A stretch of 64,000 nt of DNA from Macrostomum lignano (taxonomy: Eukaryota). The notes under the pieces were generated by a model. That model saw nothing but the letters and a program-made list of their open reading frames with translations. It did no database searches and was not told the DNA's origin. Positions 12,071 through 54,282 of the stretch are shown piece by piece (position 1 is the stretch's first letter; each line of letters begins with the position of its first letter). Location: assembly GCA_002269645.1 (NCBI GenBank), contig NIVC01000084.1, positions 806,001-870,000 on the forward strand. The letters run 5' to 3'. The translations under genes and the position numbers were made by a program.

Positions 12071-12713
12071 TGTAAAAGGGGTTTTAAAATTGACAAACTT
12101 TCGGCCGCCATAAGTTTGCTTCACATGAAGCGATTGACTTCAAACTTGGCTAAATTCCTTATTGATTTATTCTCTGTCTAAATATAAAGTCTCAACTCTG
12201 TAACTCAGTCAGGGCGGAAACTGTAAGCATATGAACTTGGTCTGCTTTTTTCTGGTGTTGTGCCGCTCCACCCACTCATTCCGGCAGAGCTCAGTGTACA
12301 CGGCAATGTAAACAGCAATGTACACGGCAATGTACAGTCGAATGACAGATTTATAAAAGCTTATTGAAAAAGCGATAAAATACATTTTTTAATGATTTTA
12401 ATTAAATTTATTTTTAAAAATGCATAGTTTTTGACATGATAGTGACAGTGAAATTGATATATTTGAAATTGAAAACCGCTTAAGCGATGGTTTACAGATA
12501 GCGTATTGGGTACGTACGACTCATGGCAACTCGTAATTGTTTGAGCTAACGTCAAAGGATTATAAAAATAATAAACACTTTTTAGAATACAACTACTGAT
12601 TTAGAAAAATTACCAGTACAGCTAGAAAGAACGGAGATTACGAGCACCGATTGAGTCCTGCGATGCTAACTTTTCTATAAATTAAAAAGCGTCCAGGTGT
12701 GACTCGGTGATTA

Positions 12714-12774
12714 CAGACAGACAGACAGACAGACAGACAGACGGAGACAGACAGACAGACGGAGACAGACAGAG

Positions 12775-12809
<35 letters not shown>

Positions 12810-12998
12810 GAGACAGACAGACAGACGGAGACAGACAGAGACAGACGGACAGACAGACAGTCACTGGCAGCAGCTAGGAGTCGCAGGTGTCATATCCAGA
12901 CAAACAGACAGTCACTGGCAGCAGCTAGGAGCCGCAGCTCTCATATACAGACAGACAGACAGACACACAGACAGACAGACACACAGACAGACAGACAG
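12714..12998. repeat. (GACA)n microsatellite interleaved with copies of the HAUS4-like stop-codon region
   Basis: GACA runs separated by AGTCACTGGCAGCAGCTAGGAG(T/C)CGCAG blocks at about 12859, 12910 and 12997. Confidence 0.9.
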
Positions 12999-13011
12999 TC
13001 ACTGGCAGCAG

Positions 13012-15742
13012 CTAGGAGTCGCAGCTGTCATATCCCAGGCTGTACTTGAGCAGCTGCACAGACTTGCCCAGCTCAACCTGAGCAGCCATCAGCCGCCTGT
13101 ACTCTGCCTGCGCCTCGGACGCTTGGTAGCGAAGCGACATCTCCCTCAATCGATTGATTTCGTCTAGCAACTCGGCCCGTTGCGAGACTATTCGGCACCT
13201 GGAAGCCAGAGGAAGGTTTTTGTCGTGCAATTTTTTCCCTTTTTTATCAACACCAAATGAAGCAGGTAGGCGTTGCTGCCCACTCACCTCACATCCTGCA
13301 GTTTCTTCAACCTCTCAGCGCTATAAGTAGCCTGCCGCACCTGGGAGGTGTCCAACTTCAGTTTGGCTAACAAAGTGACGCAATGAGAGCGCAGACGCTC
13401 GGAATCCCTCAATAGAGCCGCGGCTACGGAGCTGCGATCCAAGGAAGATGAGGCAGCGTCAGTTGAGGCTGCTGCAGGCACCAGATCCAACAGCGACTGT
13501 GTCAGCTGCGATACAGACTGTCATCAGGGTGGATAATTTGTTTTAAGTGCGAGTCTTAAATTTACAATTGACGGTAAACCAGCTGACACTCTGGCGTGTC
13601 TGTAGCCCGCCTCTCCTGACATCCTGGCGTGTCTGTAGCCCGCCTCTCCTGACATCCTGGCGTGTCTGTAGCCCGCCTCTTCTGACATCCTGGCGTGTCT
13701 GTAGCCCGCCTCTCCTGACACCCTGGCGTGTCTGTAGCCCGCCTCTCCTGACATCCTGGCGTGTCTTTAGCCCGCCTCTCCTGACATCCTGGCGTGTCTG
13801 TAGCCCGCCTCTCCTGACATCCTGGCGTGTCTTTAGCCCGCCTCTCCTGACACCCTGGCGTGTCTGTAGCCCGCCTCTCCTGACATCCTGGCGTGTCTGT
13901 AGCCCGCCTCTTCTGACATCCTGGCGTGTCTGTAGCCCGCCTCTCCTGACACCCTGGCGTGTCTGTAGCCCGCCTCTCCTGACATCCTGGCGTGTCTTTA
14001 GCCCGCCTCTCCTGACATCCTGGCGTGTCTGTAGGCCGCCTCTCCTGACATCCTGGCGTGTCTGTAGCCCGCCTCTCCTGACACCCTGGCGTGTCTGTAG
14101 CCCGCCTCTTCTGACATCCTGGCGTGTCTGTAGCCCGCCTCTCCTGACATCCTGGCGTGTCTGTAACCACTATTTTTGATATGCTGTAACCCTCCTGAAG
14201 AGTCTGTAACCCTCATGAAGAGTCTGTAACCCTCCTGAAGAGTCTGTAACCCTCATAAAGAGTCTGTAACCCTCCTGAAGAGTCTGTAACCCTCATGAAG
14301 AGTCTGTAACCCTCCTGAAGAGTCTGTAACCCTCCTGAAGAGTCTGTAACCCTCATGAAGAGTCTGTAACCCTCATGAAGAGTCTGTAACCCTCATGAAG
14401 AGTCTGTAACCCCCCTGAAGAGTCTGTGACCCTCCTGAAGAGTCTGTAACCCTCCTGAAGAGTCTGACCTTCCTGACAAGCCTATACCCCTCCTGAAGAG
14501 TATGTGACCCTCTATTGTACCCGACCAGTCTGCGAGGTACAATACCCCATCTGAATCGTAAAAAGCAAACCGTACCTTCTCCAAACTGCTGACAGCTTCT
14601 GCAGCTTCATCTAGCAGCCTCAACTTCTCTCTTCTTGCAGCCTCCCGCAGTTCGGGCGACTGAAGATGTTCGCCAGCGCATTTTGTCAGAAGCTTGGCCT
14701 CCTGCCTGACCAAGGAGCGCAGCTGCGAGACCAGCAATTCAGACTGAGATGCCGTCAGTGCGGGAGAATCTGTCTGCTTCTGTTGCTTGGCATTGGCCCC
14801 GTCTTCTTTCAGGCGGTGCGCTGCCAGCCATCTGCTGACCAGGCGCCTGTGGAACTGTGATATTGCAAGCTGAATTGGATACAAAATCCTAAAGCTATAT
14901 GACCTGTTGTCACCATTTCTGCCGGTCCCTAACATCTCTAATCCTATCCTAATCTTTCGTAATCTCTAATCCTAATCGTTTCTAATCTCTAATCCTAATC
15001 GTTCCTAAACTTTAACTCTTTGTTCCTTATCTTTAATCCTCATGGTTCCTAATCTCTAATCCTCATGGTTCCTAATCTCTAATCCTCATGGTTCCTACTC
15101 TCTAATCCTCATGGTTCCTAATCTCTAATTCACATGGTTTCTTATCTCTAATCCTCATGGTTCCTAATCTCTAATCCTCATGGTTACTTCTTATCTCTAA
15201 TCCACATGGTTTCTTATCTCTAATCCTCATGGTTCTTAATCTCTAATCCTCATGGTTCCTAATCTCTAATCCTCATGGTTACTTCTTATCTCTAATCCTC
15301 ATGGTTTCTAATCTCTAATCCTCATGGTTCCTAATCTCTAATCCTCATGGTTACTTCTTATCTCTAATCCTCATGGTTTTTTATCTCTAATCCACATTGT
15401 TCCTAATCTCTTAATTCTAATGCTTTATAATCTCTAATCTTCATAGTTCCTTATCGCTAATCCTCATAGTTCCTAATCTCTAATCATATTGGTTCCTGAA
15501 CTTTAATCCCAATCGTTTCTTATCTGTAATACACAATAATATTATTATCAACAGCTAATAGGAGAACCACCAACCGCGGCTTTCTCAGACGATTCGTCAA
15601 TCGATTCGCTCTCGTTTCGAAGTTTGGCCGCAGCGGTGGCCACCAGTCGCTGCAGATAGGAGTACACAGCTGCTGACAGCACACTGTCTACTTGGTGCTG
15701 ACTGCTGCCTGTTGCGCTGTTGGGCCTGACACCGCTGCTCAT
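13012..15742 (-). CDS. HAUS4: HAUS augmin-like complex subunit 4-like coiled-coil protein, 288 aa
   Basis: Exons 15742-15575, 14869-14576, 13505-13288, 13198-13012, all phase-consistent GT-AG. ERLRSHCVTLLAKLKLDTSQVRQATYSAERLKKLQDVRCRI aligns without gaps to human HAUS4 QYLEVKCGAMILKLRMEELKILSDTYTVEKVEVHRLIRDRL (recalled from memory). The gene model is more certain than the name. Confidence 0.6.
13590..14165. repeat. 33-bp intronic minisatellite (CTGGCGTGTCTGTAGCCCGCCTCTCCTGACATC)n
   Basis: About 17 units in a HAUS4-like intron; 11-aa periodic ORFs. Confidence 0.95.
14184..14470. repeat. 20-bp intronic minisatellite (CTGTAACCCTCCTGAAGAGT)n
   Basis: About 14 units directly after the 33-bp array. 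Confidence 0.95.
14935..15510. repeat. Degenerate 23-bp intronic repeat (CTAATCTCTAATCCTCATGGTTC)n
   Basis: Visible tandem periodicity in HAUS4-like intron 1. Confidence 0.85.
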
Positions 15743-15893
15743 TGTGTGTTCGAAATTTGAAGCTGGATTTCTGTGTTATTTGCTCAACTATCTTTGTATC
15801 AACTGAACATGAAAGAAGGTTTTCCTCAATTAGTTCGCTGCTTGAAATATTATATTGAATGGGATAAGGGATCAGGAAAGCTGGATAAAAAAC

Positions 15894-17790
15894 AACTGAC
15901 ACTCTGGAAGGCTGGCCCAGCAACTGACACTCTGGAAGGCTGGCCCAGCAACTGACACTCTGGGATGCTGGCCCAGCAACTGATACTCTGGGAGGCTGGC
16001 CCAGCAACTGATACTCTGGGAGGCTGGCCCAGCAACTAAGGATCTGGGAGGCTGGCCCAGCAACTGATACTCTGGGAGGCTGGCCCAGCAACTGATACTC
16101 TGGGAGGCTGGCCCAGCAACTGATACTCTGGGAGGCTGGCCCAGCAACTAAGGATCTGGGAGGCTGGCCCAGAAACTGAGGATCTGGGAGGCTGGCCCAG
16201 CAACTGATACTCTGGGAGGCTGGCCCAGCAACTGATACTCTGGGAGGCTGGCCCAGCAACTAAGGATCTGGGAGGCTGGCCCAGAAACTGAGGATCTGGG
16301 AGGCTGGCCCAGCAACTGAAAATCTGGGAGGCTGGCCCAGGAACTGACACTCTGGGAGGCTGGCCCAGCAACTGATACTCTGGGAGGCTGACCCAGCAAC
16401 TGAGGATCTGGGAGGCTGGCTCAGAAACTGAGAATCTGGGAGGCTGGCCCAGCAACTGATACTCTGGGAGGCTGGCCCAGCAACTGACACTCTGGGAGGC
16501 TGGCCCAGCAACTGACACTCTGGGAGGCTAGCCCAGCAACTGATACTCTGGGAGGCTGGCCCAGCAACTGGGGATCTGGGAGGCTGGCCCAGCAACTGGG
16601 GATCTGGGAGGCTGGCCCAGCAACTGATACTCTGGGAGGCTGGCCCAGCAACTGAGGATCTGGGAGGCTGGCCCAGCAACTGACACTCTGGGAGGCTGGC
16701 CCAGCAACTGACAGTCTGGGAGGCTGGCCCAGCAACTGACACTCTGGGAGGCTGGCCCAGAAACTGACACTCTGGGAGGCTGGCCCAGCAACTGACACTC
16801 TGGGAGGCTGGCCCAGCAACTGATACTCTGGGAGGCTGGCCCAGCAACTGGGGATCTGGGAGGCTGGCCCAGAAACTGAGAATCTGGGAGGCTGGCCCAG
16901 CAACTGATACTCTGGGAGGCTGGCCCAGCAACTGATACTCTGGGAGGCTGGCCCAGCAACTGACACTCTGGAAGGCTGGCCCAGCAACTGACACTCTGGG
17001 AGGCTGGCCCAGCAACTGAGGATCTGGGAGGCTGGCCCAGCAACTGACACTCTGGGAGGCTGGCCCAGCAACTGGGGATCTGGGAGGCTGGCCCAGCAAC
17101 TGGGGATCTGGGAGGCTGGCCCAGCAACTGATACTCTGGGAGGCTGGCCCAGCAACTGATACTCTGGGAGGCTGGCCCAGCAACTGACACTCTGGGAGGC
17201 TGGCCCAGCAACTGACACTCTGGGAGGCTGGCCCAGCAACTGAGGATCTGGGAGGCTGGCCCAGCAACTGACACTCTGGGAGGCTGGCCCAGCAACTGAT
17301 ACTCTGGGAGGCTGGCCCAGCAACTGGGGATCTGGGAGGCTGGCCCAGAAACTGAGAATCTGGGAGGCTGGCCCAGCAACTGATACTCTGGGAGGCTGGC
17401 CCAGCAACTGACACTCTGGGAGGCTGGCCCAGAAACTGAGAATCTGGGAGGCTGGCCCAGCAACTGATACTCTGGGAGGCTGGCCCAGCAACTGACACTC
17501 TGGGAGGCTGGCCCAGCAACTGACACTCTGGGAGGCTGGCCCAGCAACTGACACTCTGGGAGGCTGGCCCAGCAACTGATACTCTGGGAGGCTGGCTCAG
17601 CAACTGACACTCTGGGAGGCTGGCCCAGCAACTGATACTCTTGGAGGCTGGCCCAGCAACTGATACTCTGGGAGGCTGGCCCAGCAACTGATACTCTTGG
17701 AGGCTGGCCCAGCAACTGATACTCTGGGAGGCTGGCCCAGCAACTGATACTCTGGGAGGCTGGCCCAGCAACTGATACTCTTGGAGGCTG
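15894..17790. repeat. 28-bp minisatellite (CTCTGGGAGGCTGGCCCAGCAACTGACA)n, intergenic copy
   Basis: About 67 units with variable CACTCT/TACTCT/GGATCT/GAATCT segments. Confidence 0.95.
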
Positions 17791-18680
17791 GTGTCTGTGG
17801 GCAGTGAAAAAGGATGATTTAGTTTAAAAAAGCAAATAAAGGACAGTCAGTGCAAACAATACCGCGCAAAACGGAGATTTCCATTCGAAAAAATAAGTTG
17901 ATCGGGATAAAATTCTGTTTAATTATTAGATAGCTCACTCATAAATGATGTTACAATAAATTTAGTCGTACCAATAATTACGCGAACCGAACTCACAAAA
18001 TATGACACATGATAGTTTGATTAAATTTAGTAATTGATTAATTAATACTTTTGCAAATTTCTGATACATAATTATAGTTTTAAAAAATGATTTAATGATT
18101 TGTATTAGCCTCTAGCATTGCAGCAATACAATTAAATAAATACATAGATTATCGCGGAATGACCAGTGTAAATAAAATAATAACACACACACACATACAC
18201 AGGGATCTGGGACAATACTGCAATTTAGATAAATAAATTTACAACTAATAGACGAAATACAGAATTCGACCACATACCCTAGTAAGTAGTGTATACTGAA
18301 TATTATATCATAATTAATATTGAATAAATGAACTTTGGCATATCGATACAATTCATTGCAGTAGCCTGGAGCAGCGGATTGCCACAAGCATGTGCCCAAT
18401 GATTCAATAGTATTTTAAGCATAGGGGCAATTGCAAATCAAATATGTCAGCAGGTCGGGAGAAATAACTTTAAGGAGGAAAAATTTCGCGGTAAAATCTT
18501 TGCAAAGAAAAAATGAATACATTGAAACCGGAACAAAGACACATTCTCGTGACCGAGTTTATTGAAATTGCGTTTCAAATTTGATTTGCTATTATGGAAA
18601 TGGTGCTTTTTACTACACTGAGATGCTTGACAATTTGTGACGCTAATTGAGTCTGTGAAAATAAGATTGCATGTGTGAAA

Positions 18681-19506
18681 AGTAGGTTGGGTAGATAGTC
18701 AAGTATGTTGGGTAGATAGTCAAGTAGGTTGGGTAGATAGTCAAGTAGGTTGGGTAGATAGTCAAGTAGGTTGGGTAGATAGTCAAGTAGGTTGGGTAGA
18801 TAGCCAAGTAGGTTGGGTAGATAGTCAAGTATGTTGGGTAGATAGTAAAGTAGGTTGAGGAGATAGTCAAGTAGGTTGGGTAGATAGCCAAGTAGGTTGG
18901 GTAGATAGTCAAGTATGTTGGGTAGATAGTAAAGTAGGTTGAGGAGATAGTCAAGTAGGTTGGGTGGGTAGATAAGTAGGTTGGGTAGGTAGATGAGTAG
19001 ATTGGGTAGGTAGATAAGTAGGTAGGGTAGGTAGATGAGTAGGTTGGGTAGCTAGATAAGTAGGTTGGGTAGGTAGATAAGTAGGTAGGGTAGGTAGATG
19101 AGTAGGTTGGGTAGCTAGATAAGTAGATTGGGTAGGTAGATAAGTAGGTTGGGTAGGTAGATGAGTAGATTGGGTAGGTAGATAAGTAGGTAGGGTAGGT
19201 AGATGAGTAGGTTGGGTAGCTAGATAAGTAGGTTGGGTAGGTAGATGAGTAGATTGGGTAGGTAGATAAGTAGGTAGGGTAGGTAGATGAGTAGGTTGGG
19301 TAGGTAGATAAGTAGGTAGGGTAGGTAGATGAGTAGATTGGGTAGGTAGATAAGTAGGTAGGGTAGGTAGATGAGTAGATTGGGTAGGTAGATAAGTAGG
19401 TAGGGTAGGTAGATGAGTAGATTGGGTAGGTAGATAAGTAGGTAGGGTAGGTAGATGAGTAGATTGGGTAGGTAGATAAGTAGGTTGGGTCGGTAGATAA
19501 GTAGGT
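18681..19506. repeat. 21-bp purine/G-rich minisatellite (GTAGGTTGGGTAGATAGTCAA and GTAGGTTGGGTAGGTAGATAA variants)
   Basis: Tandem array just 3' of the Piezo stop; 7-aa periodic ORF. Confidence 0.9.
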
Positions 19507-19589
19507 TGAAAGCGAAGTGGACCGACTATTAGAGATTAAAAGATAAGAAAACAATGTTTAAGCAGTCAATCAATAAGTCAAGGAGGCAA

Positions 19590-47736
<28,147 letters not shown>

Positions 47737-50700
47737 AGTGATCAAGTGTCAATCTTCCAAAGTAGGCTTTTAGTTGTTTTTTGTTCTATAGAGAATGAGT
47801 TGAACAAAACTTTAAGACTGGAATTGATAACATTTATTTTACTTTATTTTAAACATTAGTATATACACTTTTACTAAATAGAGATTTAAAACATTTAAAA
47901 TGTCTATACATATTTATATAAATTTACAGCTAATGGTTTTAAAGCTTAAAGAGTAGCATAAGAATGTATTAATTAAATAATATTGACTATTAACAATTTT
48001 AAAAGCTAATTAACAAGATTTAGCTTATCTAAGTCTTGAAAAATTGAAAAAAATAATTGTTTCTATTGCATTTTAAATAAAAAATTGTTTTGATAAGTTA
48101 AATAAAAGCTAAAAATTTGTGAAAAATCACCTAAAAAGCATTTAAAATTTAAAAAAAATATATTTTTCAAGTTTTAAACAGGCCTAAACAGTTGCAAATG
48201 GCATAAATGGCATATTAGACAATTATAAAAAATAAGAATGACAAGTCATTATATTTTTTTTTCTCATTATATTCCCAACTAATTAAAAAAATTATATTGC
48301 ACTAAAATCTAAGATATTTCTAATAGAGTCAATTATAAAGACACTTGACTTAGCAAAACTTGTCTTTTTAGAAGCTTTTATGCTATCACTATTAATTTAG
48401 GGCTAATAATAATAATAACAGATTAACTATGGAGCAAAATCATTTCTACTAAATTCTATAGACCTATATAGAGAATAAATCAAGTATATAATATAATAGA
48501 TAATATACAATTGAAACAATCAAATAGAAATGCTTTTTTATTCTAGTTTATTCTAGTCTTGGCTATTTATAGATCTACAAATAAGTGGAAACATTAATTG
48601 TTTTTTATTTGTCTATTTTCCAAGGATAGAGTCATTTGCAAAAGTTCTTATTTTAGATCAAGAGACATTAAACAAGGTAAGGTATAATTTACTATTTTAT
48701 ATATTATTCTTACATCATATATGAAAGGTAAAGACTAAATTATAGATTGGATTGGGTCAGATCCAGAATCTAAGATCTGTCAAATCACTAATTAATTGAT
48801 TATATCTAATTTCAATGAGTAATCATATTATGATAATAGGCATCAGGAAGGTAAAGCCAGAGGTAGGCTATATAGGGGAGTATAGACCTACATTCCAATT
48901 TTTTAAATGTTTTAAGGCCTATGGGCTATGCTAACTTTTATAGATAGGCCTAGGCCTAGTTTAGGCAAATTCTTGTTTTTATATGCAGAGTATGCATATG
49001 CCATAGTTTGGATTGTGTATTACTATTAGTGTATACCAGGTCTAATGCTAGAAAAATTATAAGACCTCATTTGTATACAAGAACTACTAAAAAATATGTC
49101 ATTGATACAATGTTTCTACTATGTCATGTATGCTAGGATATACCTTGATATACACTAAAAAATGGCAAGTAAAGTAGGCCTACCCTTGTTTGTTGTATGC
49201 CAGGAAATCCTAGTATACATGTTACCTTTTGAACTATAGTGCAGTGTATGTATACCCAAATTTTGAAATTGATCTTATTTAAAATAAGATCTACAAAACA
49301 AGGCAAAAGGTCAAGATATACTTTGGATACAAGAAAATATGTATAATATGCCTATATTCCTAGTTTTCTAAAGTAAGAAAATTGCACTGACCCTTAAAAT
49401 CACACCCTAAAATTGGGTAGGCCTACAAGGTGTGATTTTGCACCTGTGCTTGTCTCTCACAAGAGACCCAGGGTGCATTTCTTTTTCATTTTAGGCTTAC
49501 TCACTTTAAGCAAAGCAACCAAAGCATGATACTTAATACTTCTTAGAACTAGTTTTAGTACTTGGACTGGGGATTATAATGTTAATTTGAACAACCAATC
49601 ATAGAAATAATAGAAAAATAGAAAAAATAGAAATTTTCACAATTGATTAATCTAATATATTAATACTAATAGTATAGTAGGGCCCTATTAATAACGAAGT
49701 GGCTTGGGCTTGGGCTTGGGCGAGACAGCTCATTTGACCAATACAAAAGAAACTATATTTTGTTTACTTAGTTTTGTATTCCAAGAGAACATTTTATATC
49801 AAATCTTGTTGAACTGATTTTATGTAATTTAAATTATTGCGATGCCGATATATAGCTAGAACCAATATTACCAATAAGCAAATATTGCAAAAAACGAAGT
49901 ACATTGTACATAGAGGCAGAGCAAGAGGCCCGAGACAATAATGAATAAGATAAGATTTGAGAGAAAAAAATAGTATCATTTGGTGTGTCGGCATAAAGTG
50001 AGTATGAAGCATGAAGTGAGTATTGTAAAGTAAACACAAGAAGACAACAAACCCAAAAATGAAATTCAAGCGAAAAGATGGATGTCGACCATATCTTCAT
50101 CTTGTCTTGTTAATAAGCTGTTTCGCAGAAACTTAAAGGTTTAAAATATAAAACTAAACGTTAAAACAAAACTATTTAATAAACTTAATAATTTTGTGTA
50201 ACTAACGTATTATTAATTTTTTAAATATTTTAATAAAACGTTTTATGTATTTATAGTTGCAAAATTACTATCGTAGTATTTAAATTGTACCTCATTCTCA
50301 CAAAGGAGTTGTTAATGGCATGTCTGTCGTATTCAGCTCAATAGTCCATGGTAAAAGTGCTTTAGCTCTCTGACATGCTGGTTTAGTATTTTACAGGATC
50401 ATATTTAGAAAACAAGAGAGGACCACCAGTTGCTTCACCGGAGGCCCAAATTCTAAGACCGCCTCTTCGTCCATTTAAAAACATGCAGTTTGCCCCCCCC
50501 CCTCTTGCATGGCCAGGCAGCGCCCACAGGACAGCAAATTTGAACGTGTTGTACATGCAACATCATGTAGGTATACATGTAAGTACAATTTAATTCCGAA
50601 CGCGATTGAAAAAAATGCCCAAAAAATACTTGCAACCGCATACATACATTTAGAATGTCGATCAACATTCTTTCAATTTCAATCCTCATAATTCAAATTC

Positions 50701-53700
50701 AAATTTGTGCAAAAATACTAGTATTTACTATCTATATTAAATAATTTATATATCAGCAATTATACGTCTACTAGTTATTGCGAAGCATGTGCTAAGCCGT
50801 CAAAACTAAAGACACAGATAACACTTTGAAAATCGATCAAAGAGAGGAAAAAATTTAACATTAAGTTAGTTTATGCATGTGTACACATGTTATATGTACG
50901 AGTTATAGTTACAATTGTACTATACTAGTATGTGTAAATAAAAATTGTAGTTACAAGTTGGAAATAATTTTGAGCGTAGTTTTTTTATTACTTAATCGAA
51001 CAAGACAGCTAAAAACACACGCAGGCAAACGCACTATAAACATCGAAATAACTTAATGACTTCAGAATTCGGCCTTCAAATCATAGCTCCCCGTTGAAAA
51101 ATTATGGGAACAATTTGTGGGAACATTTGGTAGCTTATGGCAATTTATGGCTAAATAGTGGTAAATTTTGGTAACTTGTGGTTACTTTTCAAGTTTAAGA
51201 GGTGGGCGCCGCCGTGGCGTGCGCTGATTGGCTATCTGTTTGGCAACTTTTAGGAACATTGAGCGCGGCGAATGGTAACTTTTGGTAACTTTTTGGAGAG
51301 GTAAAAAAATGGCAACATTTTGGAAACTTTTGGTAACTTTTAGCACTTTTCGGTGAGTTTTTGGGAATTTTCGGCAACTTATGGTAACTTATCAGTGGCC
51401 TCATGAGTGGCGGGCGCCCTGCATGACTCATTACGGATGGAAACTTTTGGGAACTTTTCTAATAAATTGGTAACATCTGGTAACTTTCATATGAGGTGTG
51501 CCTCGGAAAGAACAAGTACGATGTTAATTAAATTATGAATGCAGTAGAAGTTCTCGAAAGCAACTTTAAAGGTCGGAACTATGTTTAATAAGTATCATGC
51601 TGATGATGGTATTTGTTAAAAGTTAAATTTATCTGCCCAATATATCGATCTATTTTAAATGACTGATACGCCAGTCATGGCGTGCACGTCCACCATCAGC
51701 GGCCATACTACTAGCTATATTCTGATATTGCGCTTATCATCAGACATCTTAGGCAACCTGGGAAGATAATTTACTTAATGTGTTACATGATGATGTTATC
51801 TTTGTGTAATATCTCCAGACTCTCGTGACTCTCATAAATCCACCTATACTAAATCATTTTCTATAGATCATAATCGAATTTACAGATGGAACTTCCGCTT
51901 CCGTAGGCGTAGAGTTTGTATGCAGGTGTTAATTTTAGCTATATGAAATCTTACTTTTTATTAACGAACATCCAGGGTACATACAATGTATGTTAATACG
52001 TGATAGTGTTTAGATAGCATCACATAGTCGTTTTTTATTTTAAAGAAATTAGCGTCTAGTTTTGCTTGTTTGCTAAGGTAAATTATGCTAAAGTAGGTTG
52101 ATAATTGTAGGCATGAACTAGACATAGTGGTAATATTTCTTATTTGTCAAGTATACAATTCCTGATCATAATGTCATATTAACCAGGTATGACAATCCAT
52201 GTTTTCTATTACACACTCAGAAAAGATGTTTTGTAAAAATTCAAGCTAAATTAGACTGTGATATGAATGAACTGCATGTATCAGTAGAAATAGCTAAGCC
52301 TAAGTAACTTTTTATTAAAAAATGTGCATTCATATGCCAATTTGCAATTTTGGAAATTAAGTATTAGAACTTAATGAGTATGAAAATATATTTCAACTGA
52401 GGTTATTTTAATCAGTCAAAATTAAGCAGAAATTAAGCAGAAGCACTATATTAATGTATTAAATTTGTATCATTTTTCGCATTAAACAAAACAAGCTAAA
52501 CCAAACAGGTTATAGGAATAAATACTAATTTTAACTTTAATTTGTTAATTTCCTATCTGCATGGCATTATAGTCAAAAAATTATAATTAGGGCCTACAAT
52601 ATTTTTGGCATTGCCACTAAGCATGTCCTTTGTACTATATCACTATAGTAGTTAAATTCAATTTTTATGATACTTTCTAGTATACATGCATATGTAGTAG
52701 GGTGGTTTAGTTCAAGCAGTTTTGCTAAGGGCGTTTGCCAAGGTTTCTGATTCGTCGAGATAATTATTTTAGTTTTCTGAAATCGAGAATAAGCAGTTTT
52801 GCTTTTACACTACTGATAGTAGTTTGCCTTCGGGAAAGTAATCTAAGTTGTGGGAATTCAAGTATTAGTGGGTTCCTCTATTAGTAAAAGGCTGTTTAGC
52901 CTCGGGAAAAGCATCCGTTCGGGACAATCAGTCTAGCATCCATTCAGGACCATCCATCAGGACAATATTTATAGAGACAAAATCTCAAATCAAAATAGAA
53001 AAATAAGGGAGTCTCCCTTTAAAAAAAATTAAATACAGAAGCTTAAGAAATCAAGGGTAAGTTAAGGATAAAATTCTAAAGGGTAAAATAGGGAGGCTAA
53101 GAAGGAGTCTACCATTGGTCTAAATAAGAAATCGGAGTCTACTGAAGTGCTAGCATAGGGATTAATTGTGTACTTTCTTTGCATATTTGGTTTAATAATA
53201 TTTCTTTTGTTTGTCTGATCTAAATAATCTTATATGAAATTGACTCTTGTCTCACTTATTTTAATTTAACTAATTATAAAGGACATTAGTCTGGTGGCAG
53301 CGACCTACCAAATAAAGTACGTAATAGCAGATTAGTAGAGCAACGTAGCCTAGATCGTAACGACTATTCATTCAATTTAAGGTAGCTAAAAAATCTTCCA
53401 GCTTAATCTAAGCCCGGAGTCTCCCGAGCTCAGATTAATCAATTTGAAAAGAAACCAGTAGACCAGTAGCCTAAACTGCAGGACACGCAATTCCACATAT
53501 ATAATTTTAAGCTAGTTTGATCAGCCATTACTTGTTAGCCTGCTAAAACTAGGCCTATAATACCTGGACAATTCCATGTGATGGTCAAATGTGTATATGT
53601 GATAAGATGGTCATGTGAGTATGAAGGTCATAAAACAAAGGTCTTTATCAATTAAAACTCTGATTTGAATTGGTAAAACCAGACTTACTAAAGCTCTAGA

Positions 53701-54282
53701 TAGAAATATTATGAAAGAAGCTTTAGTTCTAGTAAAGCAAGAACTAGTCTATAATTGTATACAAGAATGTCTTCATAAAATATGATTTGCATTGTTATGA
53801 AATTTAAATATGCTTTAAAATGATCCTGGGATTCTTGAAGTACTGATATTTTATCCTATTTATTTTTATATTTATGCATAAAGACTTTTTTTTACAATTT
53901 TTACAATATTCTAGACGCATAATTCTAAGATTCTGTACAGTTAATTTTGTATAAAATAATAGTAGTCTGCCTGTTGTAGCCTTTACATAGACAGCAGATA
54001 GGCACACAGTTTTGTGTTTTATATATTTAGTTAAGAGAAGATAATTTTTCTTTAAAGTCAACACCATTAAACCAGTTATCCTGGGTTACTTTATGATGTT
54101 CTGGAGATGCACAGGTGAAAAGATGGATTTTATTAAATTAGTCTTTGTATGGCATCCATTATTTAGCATGCAAAATTTCCATTTCAGAAGACTAAACGAG
54201 GCGAGTATTTTAAACAGTACAATGATCTTCGACGCAAGCGCCAGGCTCCAATGGCTGCTGCATCAGGACCTACTGACAAATC

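Noticed and set aside
15597-17771. Long minus-strand ORFs up to 503 aa
   Set aside because: Periodic translation of the 28-bp array.
53680-53790. IGKTRLTKAL P-loop-like peptide
   Set aside because: Preceded by stops, short, and in AT-rich DNA; no supporting Walker B.
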